A stretch of 64,000 bases of DNA from Raillietiella orientalis (lineage: Eukaryota), in NCBI GenBank assembly GCA_036172245.1, contig JAYWIR010000039.1:1922001-1986000 (forward strand), read 5' to 3'. Position numbers and translations under genes: made by a program. A model generated the notes under the pieces. That model was given only the letters and a program-made list of their open reading frames with translations, had not been told where the DNA came from and made no database searches. Shown here piece after piece: positions 12,691 through 24,440 of this stretch (position 1 is its first letter; each line of letters starts with the position of its first letter).

Positions 12691-13943
12691 CTTTCATGTA
12701 CCCCCCGAGTGATAGATTTCATTCTACTTCACATGAGGTTATTAAGTTCATAACCAAATGAATGTTTTCCGAACAAAAAAACTCATTTTCCAGGTGACTT
12801 TAATCCATAATCAGTTCATTTGTGATCAACTTTGAAATTTATGATGTTGTTTTCAAGATGCACGATTTTATGTCTCTTAGACTGTCAAATCCCTATGTAT
12901 GAACGAGAACTTAAATTAAGATACTCAGGACTTTGGAATTATAACATTTGTTTTAGAGTTGAAACACGACTATGAGCAATGGATATCAACATCATTCGGG
13001 GATGTGTGACAAATCCACTTTAAGGTGTCATTTTCATGAGTACTGAAAAGCCTAAGGGCACAGACCAGCATGATCCAGAGAAGCAACATTTACATCCTAT
13101 AAAGAGAAAGAGACAGTCAACAAGAGTTAGAATTGAATGCTGACCAAACTCTAATCCAAATCGCGGAGTATTTTGGCAAGATTGTTTTCCTTGATCCTTG
13201 CATGGGCACGTTCACGATCGCAAATTGCATCTCAGAAAGCATTGGAAGCACCCTCAAATATTGCTTATTGGTTTATTTGGAAGGAGCTGCAATTCTGCTC
13301 CTAAACTACTATTTATCAGATATGAGAATGCACGCCAAAATTAGGATGCAATTGGTGCCTACTGACGAAACAAAGCAGTCCACTTTACTTTATTTCTTCA
13401 CTTTACCGATCGTCTGTTTTGAAAGCAAACCTACAGAGCTCCCGTTGCTCTCAGAAACGAGAACAAGGATTAGATGCTGCGGTCTGCATCTCTGCATTCG
13501 TTCACCAAGTGTGCGCACTGCCCTGCTTGCGCGGAAGGAGCCCTTATCCCGGGTAAAGATTATACTTCCGGATTCAGCGAAATCAACGAAACACTACGCA
13601 CTATCCGCAAGAGTACTTTATCATCCGCTCTAGCATCTGAAGAGTAGCCAAAATCCAACGGCACTACTCCGGAGGCTGCTTTCAAAACCATGTTGTTTCC
13701 TAGGTCATCATCTCGGCCATTGGCCACTTCGTCACAGCATTTCCAACCTCTTCAGAAGGCAATTACGACACCCTTTCGCACTTCCGGAATACATCTTCGT
13801 GCCTTGGCCATTCCTTTCTGCACTTTGACCCAACTTTGATGCGACTTTGAGAACGACGAATCCTTTGGGATTCGGAATTGTGGATCCGCATGCTGGAGAT
13901 GGTGGGTTCACCGGTAAGTGTCAGCGCAGCACATCGGGAAACA

Positions 13944-13995
13944 ATGTGCGGAAGAGATGAGCAGCCGACTTGGCTGCTCATCTCTTTCCGGGGCA
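13944..13995. other. Strong hairpin / inverted repeat
   Basis: aagagatgagcagcc-gactt-ggctgctcatctctt: 15-bp perfect stem with a 5-nt loop, extendable to about 22 bp with a bulge and mismatches. Confidence 0.85.
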
Positions 13996-16569
13996 TCCCA
14001 GCAGCAACATGCCCAGAGACGCACCACAATGCTCACAGAGCAGCGTTTGTTGAGCAGCAGAACTGCTGGGGCGCTACGCAAGTGGTGCTGGCTGGTTTTG
14101 CTGCTCCGCAGTACGAGGCAAAGTGAGAACACGAACGCATTCCGTTCGGAAAACTCGCACCGGACCGGATTCCATCGCAACTCCGAATCCGACCGCTGGG
14201 CTGTCATGGCAGCTGACTGGTCGCAGCAGCGTCCGTTCGTTTTTCGAGCGGAGAAGATAAAGACGTGTCAGCTGAAAGGCGATAGTGAGCCTCGGAAGCA
14301 TTTATTTAACGTTTCCTTGCGATGCGAAAAAGAACGATCGATGGGAACACATGACATCCGGATGTGGTCTGCAATTCCTGAAACTGCCCTTCCCGTCCTC
14401 AGTCTCGAACGAAAGCAGCGAGGAAAGATCGGTAGCGCGGCCGCTCAGGCCTCCTGGCGATCGCGGTTGCCACCCAGGGGAACGCAACCGCACAGAGTAG
14501 AGTTCCGATGAGGAAGCGCAAGTGGCAGAAGAGATGACGATCGCAGAGACTGGAGAACGACAAGTGAGTGCAAGCAGGAAGAGATCCTCTAAGGAAAACG
14601 GTCGGGCGTCACGGACAACAACCGGACTCAGGTAGAACCAACGGAGACCCTCGAGGTCAGGAGGAAACTACGTGGAACAAATCATTGCGAAGCGAACCGA
14701 AGACGATGAGGAAGTTCGAACGGACCAACTACTGGGGCAAGTTGGGAAGTATCTTCCAAATGTTTCGTAGAAGAGTCTAGGGGGCAGTATTTTCATCGGA
14801 ACATCTCTTCTGGAAAGCTGGTTATGTCTGAATATTTAACGTTTGAAGCGCTCTGAGGGTGTGAACTCTCAGTGCTCTCGGAATGTCCTCAGCAGAAGTG
14901 TAGGTCACTTGTGGGAAGGTATAGGAAGAAACCTGATTTCTGTGGTGCGTGTTTCAGTTGTCGATATCTCATGATCGCATGCCTAGATAATGATCACGCG
15001 GTAAACAGGTACAGGTCTGACAGAGCAGTTGGATAGCAAAAAGAAGTTGAAAACCTGGGTTCCCACATAAGATTATAAAATCAAAGACAAGATCCCTGCT
15101 GCGTGAAAAAAAAAAAAACAACCTTAAAATGGTCTGCTTTGGTACTCCAAAGGAGTTCTACATGAAGATTACATTTTTTCAACTGATGAATTAGTGCAAT
15201 AGTAGTTTTTGCTTTTGAGAGAGGTAGAGGTTATGAGCATAAAGTGCGAAACTAGACCGCAGGAGGATTCGTCACCATGGGGATTCTGCGACTGATACAA
15301 GTTCTCGATCCAAAATTTCATGAAAAGAAAACTGAATAGCATCCAGACTCATCACTGGGGGACACTGCCTTTTTTTTATCACACTAAAACTCACTTGAAA
15401 GAAGCCCATTTGAAGATAGTGCAAAGTAAGTGCGTTGACTTTGTTCTACGTTAAATAATTGAAAACGGCTTTGAACTACAGAGAAAGCAGAAAGGGAGAA
15501 AGGCTCTTCATGCAGAAGTCAAAGATGCGTATTTTAAAGGGTATTACTATCAGTACGAAAATCTGCTTTGAAAATTATTCTTATGTGAGCTATACACGAA
15601 CGGATTTAATTGCTGTCTTTCTAAGTATGTATTTTTTATTGTCATGTTTGAAAAAAGAAAAAACAAAATGATGTAAATTTACAAACTGAAAAGAAAGTGC
15701 TTTATTCGCAGCCCTGAGGTAATGTTGGCTATACTGGTCAAGAAAGCTTTTTTTTTCAGAGTAAGGCTGGATTACTACAATACGGCTGGGTATATTTTGT
15801 CCTGTATAATATCTATTCTTTTGTGATTCATAAAGTTTCCTAGCTCATCAAGATCTACGACACTTCCTAGTTATTACAAGACTTTTCGATTATGTAAAGA
15901 CTTCAACTACAATAATATTTTGTTTTCATTGAGCCCAAATAAACAGTAATCGCAACTTAGTCCTTAACTTATTTGCATACATCGCTTGCCTTCAGTTCTT
16001 TTCTAGCAATATTCCGGAAAAAAGTTATCTGAATTTTTAGGTCGTTTTACCGATTACTTTGTTTTCTAGTCTTCATCATACTTTTTACAGAAGTTATGGA
16101 AACAAGACTGTTTCATTTACTGCCCTAAATGGACACATTTCTAGGGGCTGTATTGTTCTGAACATTACTAAATGCTTTAGTATATTACTCAGATGATTCT
16201 TTTCCTCATAAAATGAATGAAAATGCATATGAAATGTTTTGGGGAATAGTTTCCAAAGTCATTTGAAATTCGATGGTATTCAGTTTGTTTGCCATGCAAG
16301 CAGGGCATGTGTTATAAATAAGGAACAAAATTCTTTGTTCAAAATAGCTTTTGCAACTCAAATGAAAAAAATGTGATTTCCATTAAGGAGGTAATTTATT
16401 GCAATTGTAAATGTAATTTGCATTTGGTTTTATTTGCAACTTTGAATATTGTTTTGAAGTCAAGATAATATAGAGAGTTTAGTGTCATTTCGGAAAGTTT
16501 CGACTGCAACATATATTTTCTTTACATGCAAACTTCTTCAAAAGCTTGAATAGAACTTTGTATCCCAAC

Positions 16570-17740
16570 AAATTATAAGTCCCTTTCGTCTAGATGAGTC
16601 TTCATTTTTCATCCTTTTTTCTGCTGAGATAGATGAATGATGAACAGTTATTTGGGCGTAGATGCATTCCGTACTCCGGCATACAAGCTGAATTCTCATG
16701 CTGCCATTCCCAGGATTTCAGTTCGAAAGTAAGGAAAGAAGATTCCGATGATGCTAATGCCTCTGTCAAGTTCTCTGAAATTGATTAACTTGAATACAAT
16801 GTTACAAAGAAATACGAAATACGAAAAAATACGAGGAAAATGCACTCTTCTTTTAATCTTGGTTTGTATATGAAGACGAAATAGCACTTAAGGATGTTTT
16901 CCTTCCTATAAGAATCTCTTTTACATGCATATAATTTTCACCGTGCTTCACTCTCTTACTAGTCGGAAAATATAAGGAATGATTCCAGATTGTTCCCTCA
17001 TTAAAGAATAGCTGCATTTCAGAATGAAAATGGCTTATCACAGACGAGACAATCTTACCAATTTCCTCAGACAACTAATCTTCAGGCAACTTTACTAGTT
17101 ATTTACATGCTTTCAAAGTGAATGTAAGTAGTTGTTGTTATTGAAGTCATTTACATTAAAATCAGAATCAAGGAAATTGAAATTTATTAGAAACACGTCC
17201 ACTCTTCTTAATTTACCACCATCCACAGTTAATTTTCTCTTTTGAAATATAAATGGAATACAAACATCAAAAGTAGCATTGACTCTTTTCTGAATAAATT
17301 TCGAATCCAATTTCAACAGCTGAATTAAGTGTTAACATTCTAACTATCTCGGACAACATTCACAGGGATGGAATCCTAGTTTCAATTTGTTGGTAAGTTA
17401 ATGTTTATCAAATTAGTACTTATCCTATTAATTGGCATGGGCAAAATTGCAAAAAGTAATATTTGCGATTAAACGAATGGTCTGTGGAATGTCAGTTGCG
17501 GAGGTAGTGCTGGCACTATGTTTATCTGAGACTGTAAGACTTAAAGGAAGTTCGTGTGGCGAATGAACATGCAATGCAAGGCACGTGTACGGCAACTCTG
17601 AGCATTTGTGGTCCAGGGATTTTGCGGGCAGTGATTTCTGGTGTGGAACAACCAGATCTCCGAAGTTCTTTGGTCTGCGAATGGAAGCAGGTCTAGGGCC
17701 TGTGCCCATATGATTTGCATGTTTTGTGTAATTTTCTGAT
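16570..17740 (-). pseudogene. Unassigned micro-intron gene remnant
   Basis: Series of GTAAGA...AG introns of about 47-54 nt with open exon pieces (e.g. ENLTEALASSESSFLTFELKSWEWQHENSACMPEYGMHLRPNNCSSFIY). Phases are inconsistent. Confidence 0.25.
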
Positions 17741-17909
17741 TTTCAATTCATAATTGTTTTTACATTGCACGAATAAAAGGTTTGCCTTGATGCACATGCT
17801 CACAGTGTGTGCAAAGTGCGGAAAGCCAAACAGTAGAGCTCAATTCTCTGAATATGTGTATTTGAACTACCTCATGTTGTTGCTTTTTTAAGCATAATGC
17901 ACCAAAATA

Positions 17910-18512
17910 ATGTATCCGGATAGAAACATGAAAGCCGTAAGTTCGATTTCCCCTGTAATTTTTGAGGGATGATTTGCTAGTTTTAAGTTGTTCATTTAAA
18001 GATCGTTTTCATGATGTGTCGCCCTTTCAATTGTAATCTTTTTTCTCCGGAGTAAGTGATCTCTCACTTTATTTACCAATTTTGCTGTTTTGAAATCCGT
18101 TGCCTGCAAACTCAGGCGATTGCTATGATCCATTATGTACTCCTTGATTGTAAAATGAGATTCTAGCCCGGGGGTTGCGTTTGAAAAACTAACGTGTAAC
18201 CATGTTTTTAAGTTTCACGATTTTCTCAAGCTGTATAACAGGATGACAGAGTTCTGCTTCAATAGATGTGTAATTATGTTTACACAGAGGAATCTAATTT
18301 CTGATGAGGCAAGTGGGCAGTTTGCATAGATGTTTGTTGAAAACGAATATTAGGCCGTATGTGTTGAAAATTGCTTAGGCAAGATGATTGGTTGCAACCA
18401 AAAAATTCTTGCTGCATTCATGGAAGTTCAGCCAACTCTTTTGGAAAAACGCAGAGGAGAAGTAGAGATCACTGAGGCTACAGGTACAAGTCAACTGAAG
18501 GGTCATCATTAA
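17910..18512 (+). CDS. TIMM10B: Mitochondrial intermembrane-space small Tim chaperone Tim10B (Tim9b/FXC1), 93 aa, 3 exons
   Basis: Exons 17910-17936, 18213-18308 and 18354-18512 (second intron GC-AG, 45 nt) give MYPDRNMKAFHDFLKLYNRMTEFCFNRCVIMFTQRNLISDEAVCVENCLGKMIGCNQKILAAFMEVQPTLLEKRR... This has the twin CX3C motif and the Tim10B-type DFL-x-x-YNRMTE and C-terminal extension. Confidence 0.88.
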
Positions 18513-18594
18513 GTAAGAAACTGTTTGCTGCATTAACACTTGTATTGGACTTCATCCTGGATAACATGCTCGTTTTTTGGTGATGAATTAGTCT

Positions 18595-18600
18595 AATAAA
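18595..18600 (+). promoter_or_regulatory. Putative polyadenylation signal of TIMM10B
   Basis: AATAAA about 80 nt after the stop codon. Confidence 0.5.
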
Positions 18601-19661
18601 TCTGTTATCAAATGATTTTGGAAAAAATGGTCACATAATACTTCCAACTTTGTTGCATATGTTTCTGTGATGAAAAGTTGTTATTAGTAAAAAATGTACA
18701 ATAAGTTAAGTCATCAAATCATAAACTACTTTTGCTTGAAGGAAGTGAGAAAAGGAATTTCATGCCATGTAACAATGTCACAATCTTATTTTCTCGAATT
18801 CTGGCTATCCTTTCAGGAAGAGATTAGTTTATGCAAAGAGATTTGATATATCTTTCTGAACTGCAGTATTGGTCTTACGGAATTTGGATTGGAATTTGTG
18901 AAATTGTTGTTGACTTTCAAATCTCCGTGGGATTGTGTTTTTTGTTTCCTGTGTTTCTCAGCTTCCATTTTATAATATTTTGATTACACATTCAATTAAA
19001 AGTTGACTGAAAGTCATCAGGTTTTGAATGAGAATTTGTTGTATCACATATAACTAAACTACGAAGTGAAAGCACACACTCATTGAACAAGTGTGGTTTA
19101 GTCTTTGAGAAAAATGTGTGGGGTTTTATCATTCCTTTATCTGAAATAAAATAACCATCTTAAGTTCTCTCATTATAGAACAGACAGTTTTGGCAATAAA
19201 AAACTTTTATGTATAATGTATTTCATTTGAAATTATTTGGGTCATATGACAATTTAATATTACATTTTATTGTAGAAAGCAAACTTAATTTGAAACTAAG
19301 TACACATCCATCCTGATTGTCAATCACTGTTTGATGGTTCAGGTGCCCAAGGTCACCCTGTACTGGCAGTTGAACTCTATCAAGGAAACAAGAACCCAAA
19401 TGGTGAACAAAAATATGTATGCATGCGTGTTTTTATGTGTATACTTCATTTCACTTTTTAGTTTTGATTCTTAGAATCCCACACACCATTCCTTGTGTTT
19501 GCATGTACCTGCTTTAATGATCTGCCAACATAAACATCCCTGGATAATATTACCTTCCTCAAAAATTATCCGTTTTTCAGTTGACATTGAAGCTTGACTG
19601 TATGTGAATGGTTTTTCTTTTTTATATTCAAGCTTCAAAATGAAAGGAACGTTCATGTTTC

Positions 19662-19691
19662 AAACTGGGGTATCAGCTGATACCCTAGTTT
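19662..19691. repeat. 30-nt near-perfect palindrome
   Basis: aaactggggtatcagctgataccctagttt: perfect 18-nt core gggtatcagctgataccc, one G-T pair in the arms. Confidence 0.85.
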
Positions 19692-21379
19692 AATATATGA
19701 ACGTTTAATCAAGTTAGATCGCAGTTGATTTCGAATTAGTAGGCAGTCATAAGTTCTTTTAAGGAGTAAGGGCTTAAGTAGGAAAGCTTTTCTTTTAGAA
19801 CTATGTTCAAATAGGTGTTCCGATGATGTTAAATTGCAACATGTGTGAAAGCGTGGAGCAATAAGAAAGGAAACAATAAACTTGCCTGCTCTACACTTCT
19901 CTTCGGGAAGACCTATGAAGCGTTTGTAATAGTAATGGATTGGGCTTGTGTTCGGCTGCAAATTGGGTCCAGATGATTGAGTTTGCAATGAATAGGATGC
20001 ATTCATATCGTGTCACATGGTGACAACATGCAAGGCATGAGTATTGCACCCGACATTGAAAAAGGACTGTGGAGCCAGAGAAATTTTGCATTTGTTTCGT
20101 ACGGAAATAAGTGTTCTCGAATGTTTTGCTTGAGCAAGAGGATTCATAATGCACTGGGATGGAAGTTACACTCACAAATTTCATTGCCTCCTTTTACGTA
20201 TGAATGAAGACCCTAAAATCAACGTCTGGGAAATTCGTTCTGTTTGGACACTGATTTTGAGCTACGGACAGAAGACACTTTTCCACGAAGGGATTCAAGA
20301 CTGATTAAACTCGGGGTTATTGTGCCAGCATAAATGAATGGATGAGATGGATCCCACGAAACTGGGTGATGTCCAGCTTCCATGAAAGCTTATGAAGCCG
20401 CATTTTGTGAGCATCAAGCGTCATTAATTTCATCCCCGGTGGGTGTGAGTAATCTTACTAAGGTATTAAACATTTGAGAATCATGGCATTATTAGAGCAT
20501 GGTAGCGAAGGCATCTCATTTTCCGGGTGCTTTGTTACTTTGCCTGTTATCAGTCTAGTCCGTGAAGTGGACCTCAGCCACTGGTCCACCTTCCGTAAAA
20601 GGCAAACGTCGCTATTCAAATCAAGGAAGCACTTTGATCAAGTGCACCGTTGAATCCGCGTGGGTGCGAACCGTGACTGCGGTTCGAATGCACCCATTCT
20701 GCTAACTCTTGGAAACAAACTGACTTTTGGGTGGAATCATATTTCGTGCATGATGAGACTACAAGAAATACTACACTTTGACTACGGCGTGCCTAACTGG
20801 GTTATTGTTTATCTGCTTCTAACGTACTTCCTTCAAATGTACTGTCTTTTGCGATGGTAAACAGATGCCAATGAATGATGGATAGCCCGCGCTATCTCAT
20901 ATTTCATCTTTTGTGACAGAATGGCTGTTCTCTGTGACTATGCTCTGCAGTACGAGCACTCGCTTTCTGTGCACATTGCCCTTTTGAAAGATCCACTGCG
21001 AGGTGGAGAGTCCCATTCGGTCTGTCCGTTCATAGAATTTATACAGCATTTTCCTCATGCGGATTATCTTACCGATACTTTCAAATTGCTGTTATTCATT
21101 CATTACTTATTCATAGTATCCATTATTTACTCATTTCTTATCTTGATTGGAATACTTGTTCCGTGCAAAGATGCTCGTAGCTTTTTCTTAAAGAATCTGT
21201 TTATGAAAATTCGTGATGTCTTCTGGAAACACGATATCATAAAATAATTTAAATTCATGCACTTGCTTTGAGAATTGCAGCTGAGATACTTAGAATAAAG
21301 TTTACTTTATTGCAAATTTAAGTCGCTCTACTGGGGAATGATCCGTAGCTTTTACATATCTTTAACCGAGGGTGGACAA

Positions 21380-21860
21380 ATCCTGGATCAGAAGTATTCT
21401 TAGGTACAACGCCCTGGTCGGAACTCAAGATGACTCAATTGTCACAGACTATTTAACACCTCCACATTCGCCGTGCCCCCTTTGGTACAGCAATTGACCT
21501 TGGTGATTCGTGACGTGATTGGCGTTCCCACCTCGTTTCGCTCAGCAAAGGTACGTTTCCTTCCCAGACGAGGAGACTTATGGAGCATCGGCAACTGGCG
21601 TCCAATAACCGTCTTTAACAGGAAGCCAAGTTGCTAGCGAAGACATGGGCCGAGCTTCTAGGATGGGTAGCGGAATCCTTCATTGGCCCGGAGCAGTCTT
21701 ACGCTGTCCCTATGGATGCCGACCTGTTCTACGCTAGCAGCTGGATCGCGCTCCATTAAGAGAGGGGCAGGATAGGCACCACGAATTCTGGATCGTCCGT
21801 CGGCCAGAGGCGGGAAGGGGATCTCTAGCGGTCGCAGTCCTTCACAAGGCATTCGATTTT
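21380..21860 (+). mobile_element. L1/Tx1-type reverse transcriptase fragment (decayed)
   Basis: VPTSFRSAKVRFLPRRGDLWSIGNWRPITVFN (frameshift) KLLAKTWAELLGWVAESFIGPEQSYAVP matches the early RT motifs (KGD...NWRPISLLN.DYK.LAK...I.P.Q) of L1/Tx1 ORF2. Confidence 0.8.
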
Positions 21861-21869
21861 CACCCGGGT

Positions 21870-23530
21870 TTCGCCGGGGCATTTATCACAAAAACAAACT
21901 TTAACACGCGCTGTGACTGCCCCAACGCTACAGCCACGGCCGAAGAAACAGAACCTGCTGGGTCACCGGTTCGCAGAACGGTAGGGTCCACCGCGGCAGC
22001 AGGGGGAAGGGGGAAAAACAAAAAAAATAAACACACACAAAAAAAAAAAGAAAACGTGGGAGGGTGCGGGAAGGGATCGCTGTTGCTGCTGGGGCCGTTG
22101 CATCCTTCACCGGATGCCGGTAAGCTCTCTCTATTCCTGGATTCAGGGGGGGCGATCGCGACGCCCTCCTAAAATTCGGTGGCGCGTTAGATGGCACCCT
22201 TATCTCGAGGTCCTCCCGTTGCCTTGCTCCAAGAGGCGACGATCCTGTGAAGGCAGCACAGGGCTGCTAACGAGGTCGCAGTTCGAAGTGCGTCCGACAC
22301 AAAAAGGGACTTCAGTGCGCCCCAGGGGTTGAAGCAGAGGATTCCGATGACCACGGCAAAGCGTAGCCAAAGGGGCCGAAGGGCAATACAATCCATAAGG
22401 AGGTAGAGGAAGGAATCCTGTTCCCCACACCTAACGCAATTGGGGTTCAGCGCTCCCCATGTCCAATGGTGTCGCCGGGCGTTGCACGGGAGTCCCCAGT
22501 GCAGCAACAGTAGCGCCTGCCCTTTCAAGGGGAGGATGGAGGTGCTCACTAGCACCGGGAGTCACCTCAGATGTTTCACCGGAACGGTCGAGCGGCGCGC
22601 CCCAGCGCAGAAGTCCATGGGAAGGTGCATTCGGGGTTGCAGCATCAGTTAGCTGGCCCGTCTTTCACGCTCCTATCTTGTTCTCCCTTCCAGAGATTTT
22701 GACTATAACCTCCCACTTCGCCGCACCATCGCTGTCCACATCTTCCCTCAGGGAAGGCAGCGCAGCAGCGAGAGGGGTTCTTCCTTCCTACGCTCTCTTC
22801 TTCGGATGCTCCGAGCTCGGAGCGTGCAACTTCTGTAGCGCCCAAACAGGAACAGTAGTTCCTGTTCGGCGCGTTGCATGCCACTCTGCGCCCACGTGCG
22901 AACGGTTTCCAGCAACCAGGCACTACCGTTCGCGGGGCGACAGGTGATCCATCCATGGCTATTACGGTTCAGGGCAGTCACCCTTCGTAGCTGGGGTCCG
23001 CATCAGTTGATGCGGCGCAGATGGAGTGCAAGAAAGCACGTGAGTCCCGTCTTGCCGGTGGCTTGCATGTCGAGGAGGCGTGCAGGGACGCACCAGGAGG
23101 TGCTCCACAACTCCGGCACAACGGCCATCATACGGAACTGGAGCCGAAGCTCCAGCCGCACTACCTTCAGGAGTCCGAGACCTCCGTCCCGACGCGAAGC
23201 TCACAAGTCCTTCAAGCGGTCTCTGGCCCTCCCGTTGCCCCAAAGGATACGGAGCGAGCGATACGTTGCGATACGGAGGAGGTCCTTCGTCCGCTTTTTG
23301 ATCTTCTCTGTGGGGGAGTAAACAAAAAGCAGGGGGCGGAGGAGAGGAGCCGCGAACGTGTTCCAAACCGCGGCCCGTTCCGCAGGAGAAACCTGCCGCC
23401 TTGGAACAGGCCGATCGCCGTCTGTACTTTCTGGAGGCAGCAGGACCTCGCTTCCGCAGGGATCTGCAATTGAAGAGGACGCGCTGCGCAAAGGGAAGTG
23501 GCGCAGGCCATATTGGAGGAAGAAGCGATG
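21870..23530 (-). mobile_element. 3' part of a Tx1-like non-LTR retrotransposon (post-RT region, C-terminal zinc knuckle, 3' UTR)
   Basis: SPAERAAVWNTFAAPLL...; LLHWGLPCNARRHHW...NCVRCGEQDSFLYLLMDC (degenerate CCHC); T-rich 3' UTR. Collinear with a diverged copy at 49.1-51.0 kb. Confidence 0.75.
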
Positions 23531-23922
23531 GCAAATAGCATTTCCAAATCTTCTGTTGGATTCGGAAAAGCGAGAGGACTTGCCTGGGAAGTATAGTTGC
23601 AAAACTCCAGGACTCCTCCTTCGAAGGTGATGACAGAAAGCTGGAAAAGTTGAGAGCTTCCGGCCAAGTGAAAGGATTTTTCGTTGTAATGGCAGCATTG
23701 CTCGCCTGTTTTGGTCGATCGACTCAAAACGAGGGTCGTGTTCGAGGCTTTCTATACGCCACATTGGTCTGTGTAGCGGCGAAAATTCCCAACGGAAGGA
23801 AGGCGTTGTGACATCTTCGGTCTTGGAATGGATGCGGATTTCTCCTTCACAGAACTTCTTATCGCATCCTCACCGCAATGCGGATAGGGTGGGGTGAATT
23901 CAAAGTGTTTGCTCATTTGCAG

Positions 23923-24440
23923 CTCCCATTGAATACCTTCAGTACTTCCTAGAGGCCACAGGTATGATCATATCCTTCGGCTGGATGAACAGCGTTATGT
24001 CGGTTCTAAATACCAACCTGGTACACGCGATGTGCGTGAGGCCTACCCCTGAAGCGGGGGCGTTGTGCCTGACTGCCATGCCCAACATGGCCGACGTTGG
24101 TTTCTTGATTGACGCGACTGCTGATACTTCCTTGAGCAACAGTGCAGCAGCAAATTGTATGAACGATGCCTTTATCATCCCTTGCGGTGGTGCTAGGGCT
24201 GCTGTTCTTGCAGCCAATGCAATGTGCACACAAGAGCGTTTCTGCGGGGCTTAGGTTGAATGCTGTGACTGCCCAGGGAGAGGGAACTCCAGTGTGGAGT
24301 AAGAGGACGCTTCGAGTAGGTCTGCATAGTGATGTCGTGCACTTTCAGCTGCTGTGCTTCAAATCAAAACCAACAGCGCTGTCGCACAGATTGGCAGGAA
24401 CGCAGGGTTCAACCTCATCTATACTCAAGTGCCTCCGTGA
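23923..24440 (+). pseudogene. CUB-domain gene paralog E: last two exons only, pseudogene
   Basis: Exons 23923-24298 and 24349-24440 are homologous to exons 6-7 of the gene at 37.5-41.7 kb. A 1-nt insertion turns TGG into TAG-G at about 24252. Flanking intron and 3' flank (to about 24720) are also homologous; 5' exons are absent. Confidence 0.85.

Noticed and set aside
13500..14000. DIRS/Gypsy-like RT remnant (TPEAAFKT...FRTSGIHL)
   Set aside because: Only vague similarity; no YxDD motif, and no LTRs or terminal repeats found.
15459..16040. Plus-strand micro-intron gene (…DLIAVFLKSALFAALRVRLDYYNTAGFLAHQDLRHF…)
   Set aside because: Four pieces join in frame, but the model then hits stops and resembles no family I recognise. 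GT/AG pairs are common in AT-rich DNA.
5400..20300. Stop-codon reassignment to explain the broken gene remnants
   Set aside because: LMF2 (TGA), TIMM10B (TAA) and the FTP gene (TGA) translate cleanly and end at standard stops.
19990..20310. PTB-domain-like exon pair (IVSHGDNMQGMSIAPD…FAFVSG…KFHC)
   Set aside because: Weak resemblance and no compatible upstream exons.
20620..20700. tRNA gene
   Set aside because: No acceptor or anticodon stems; only a T-loop-like motif.
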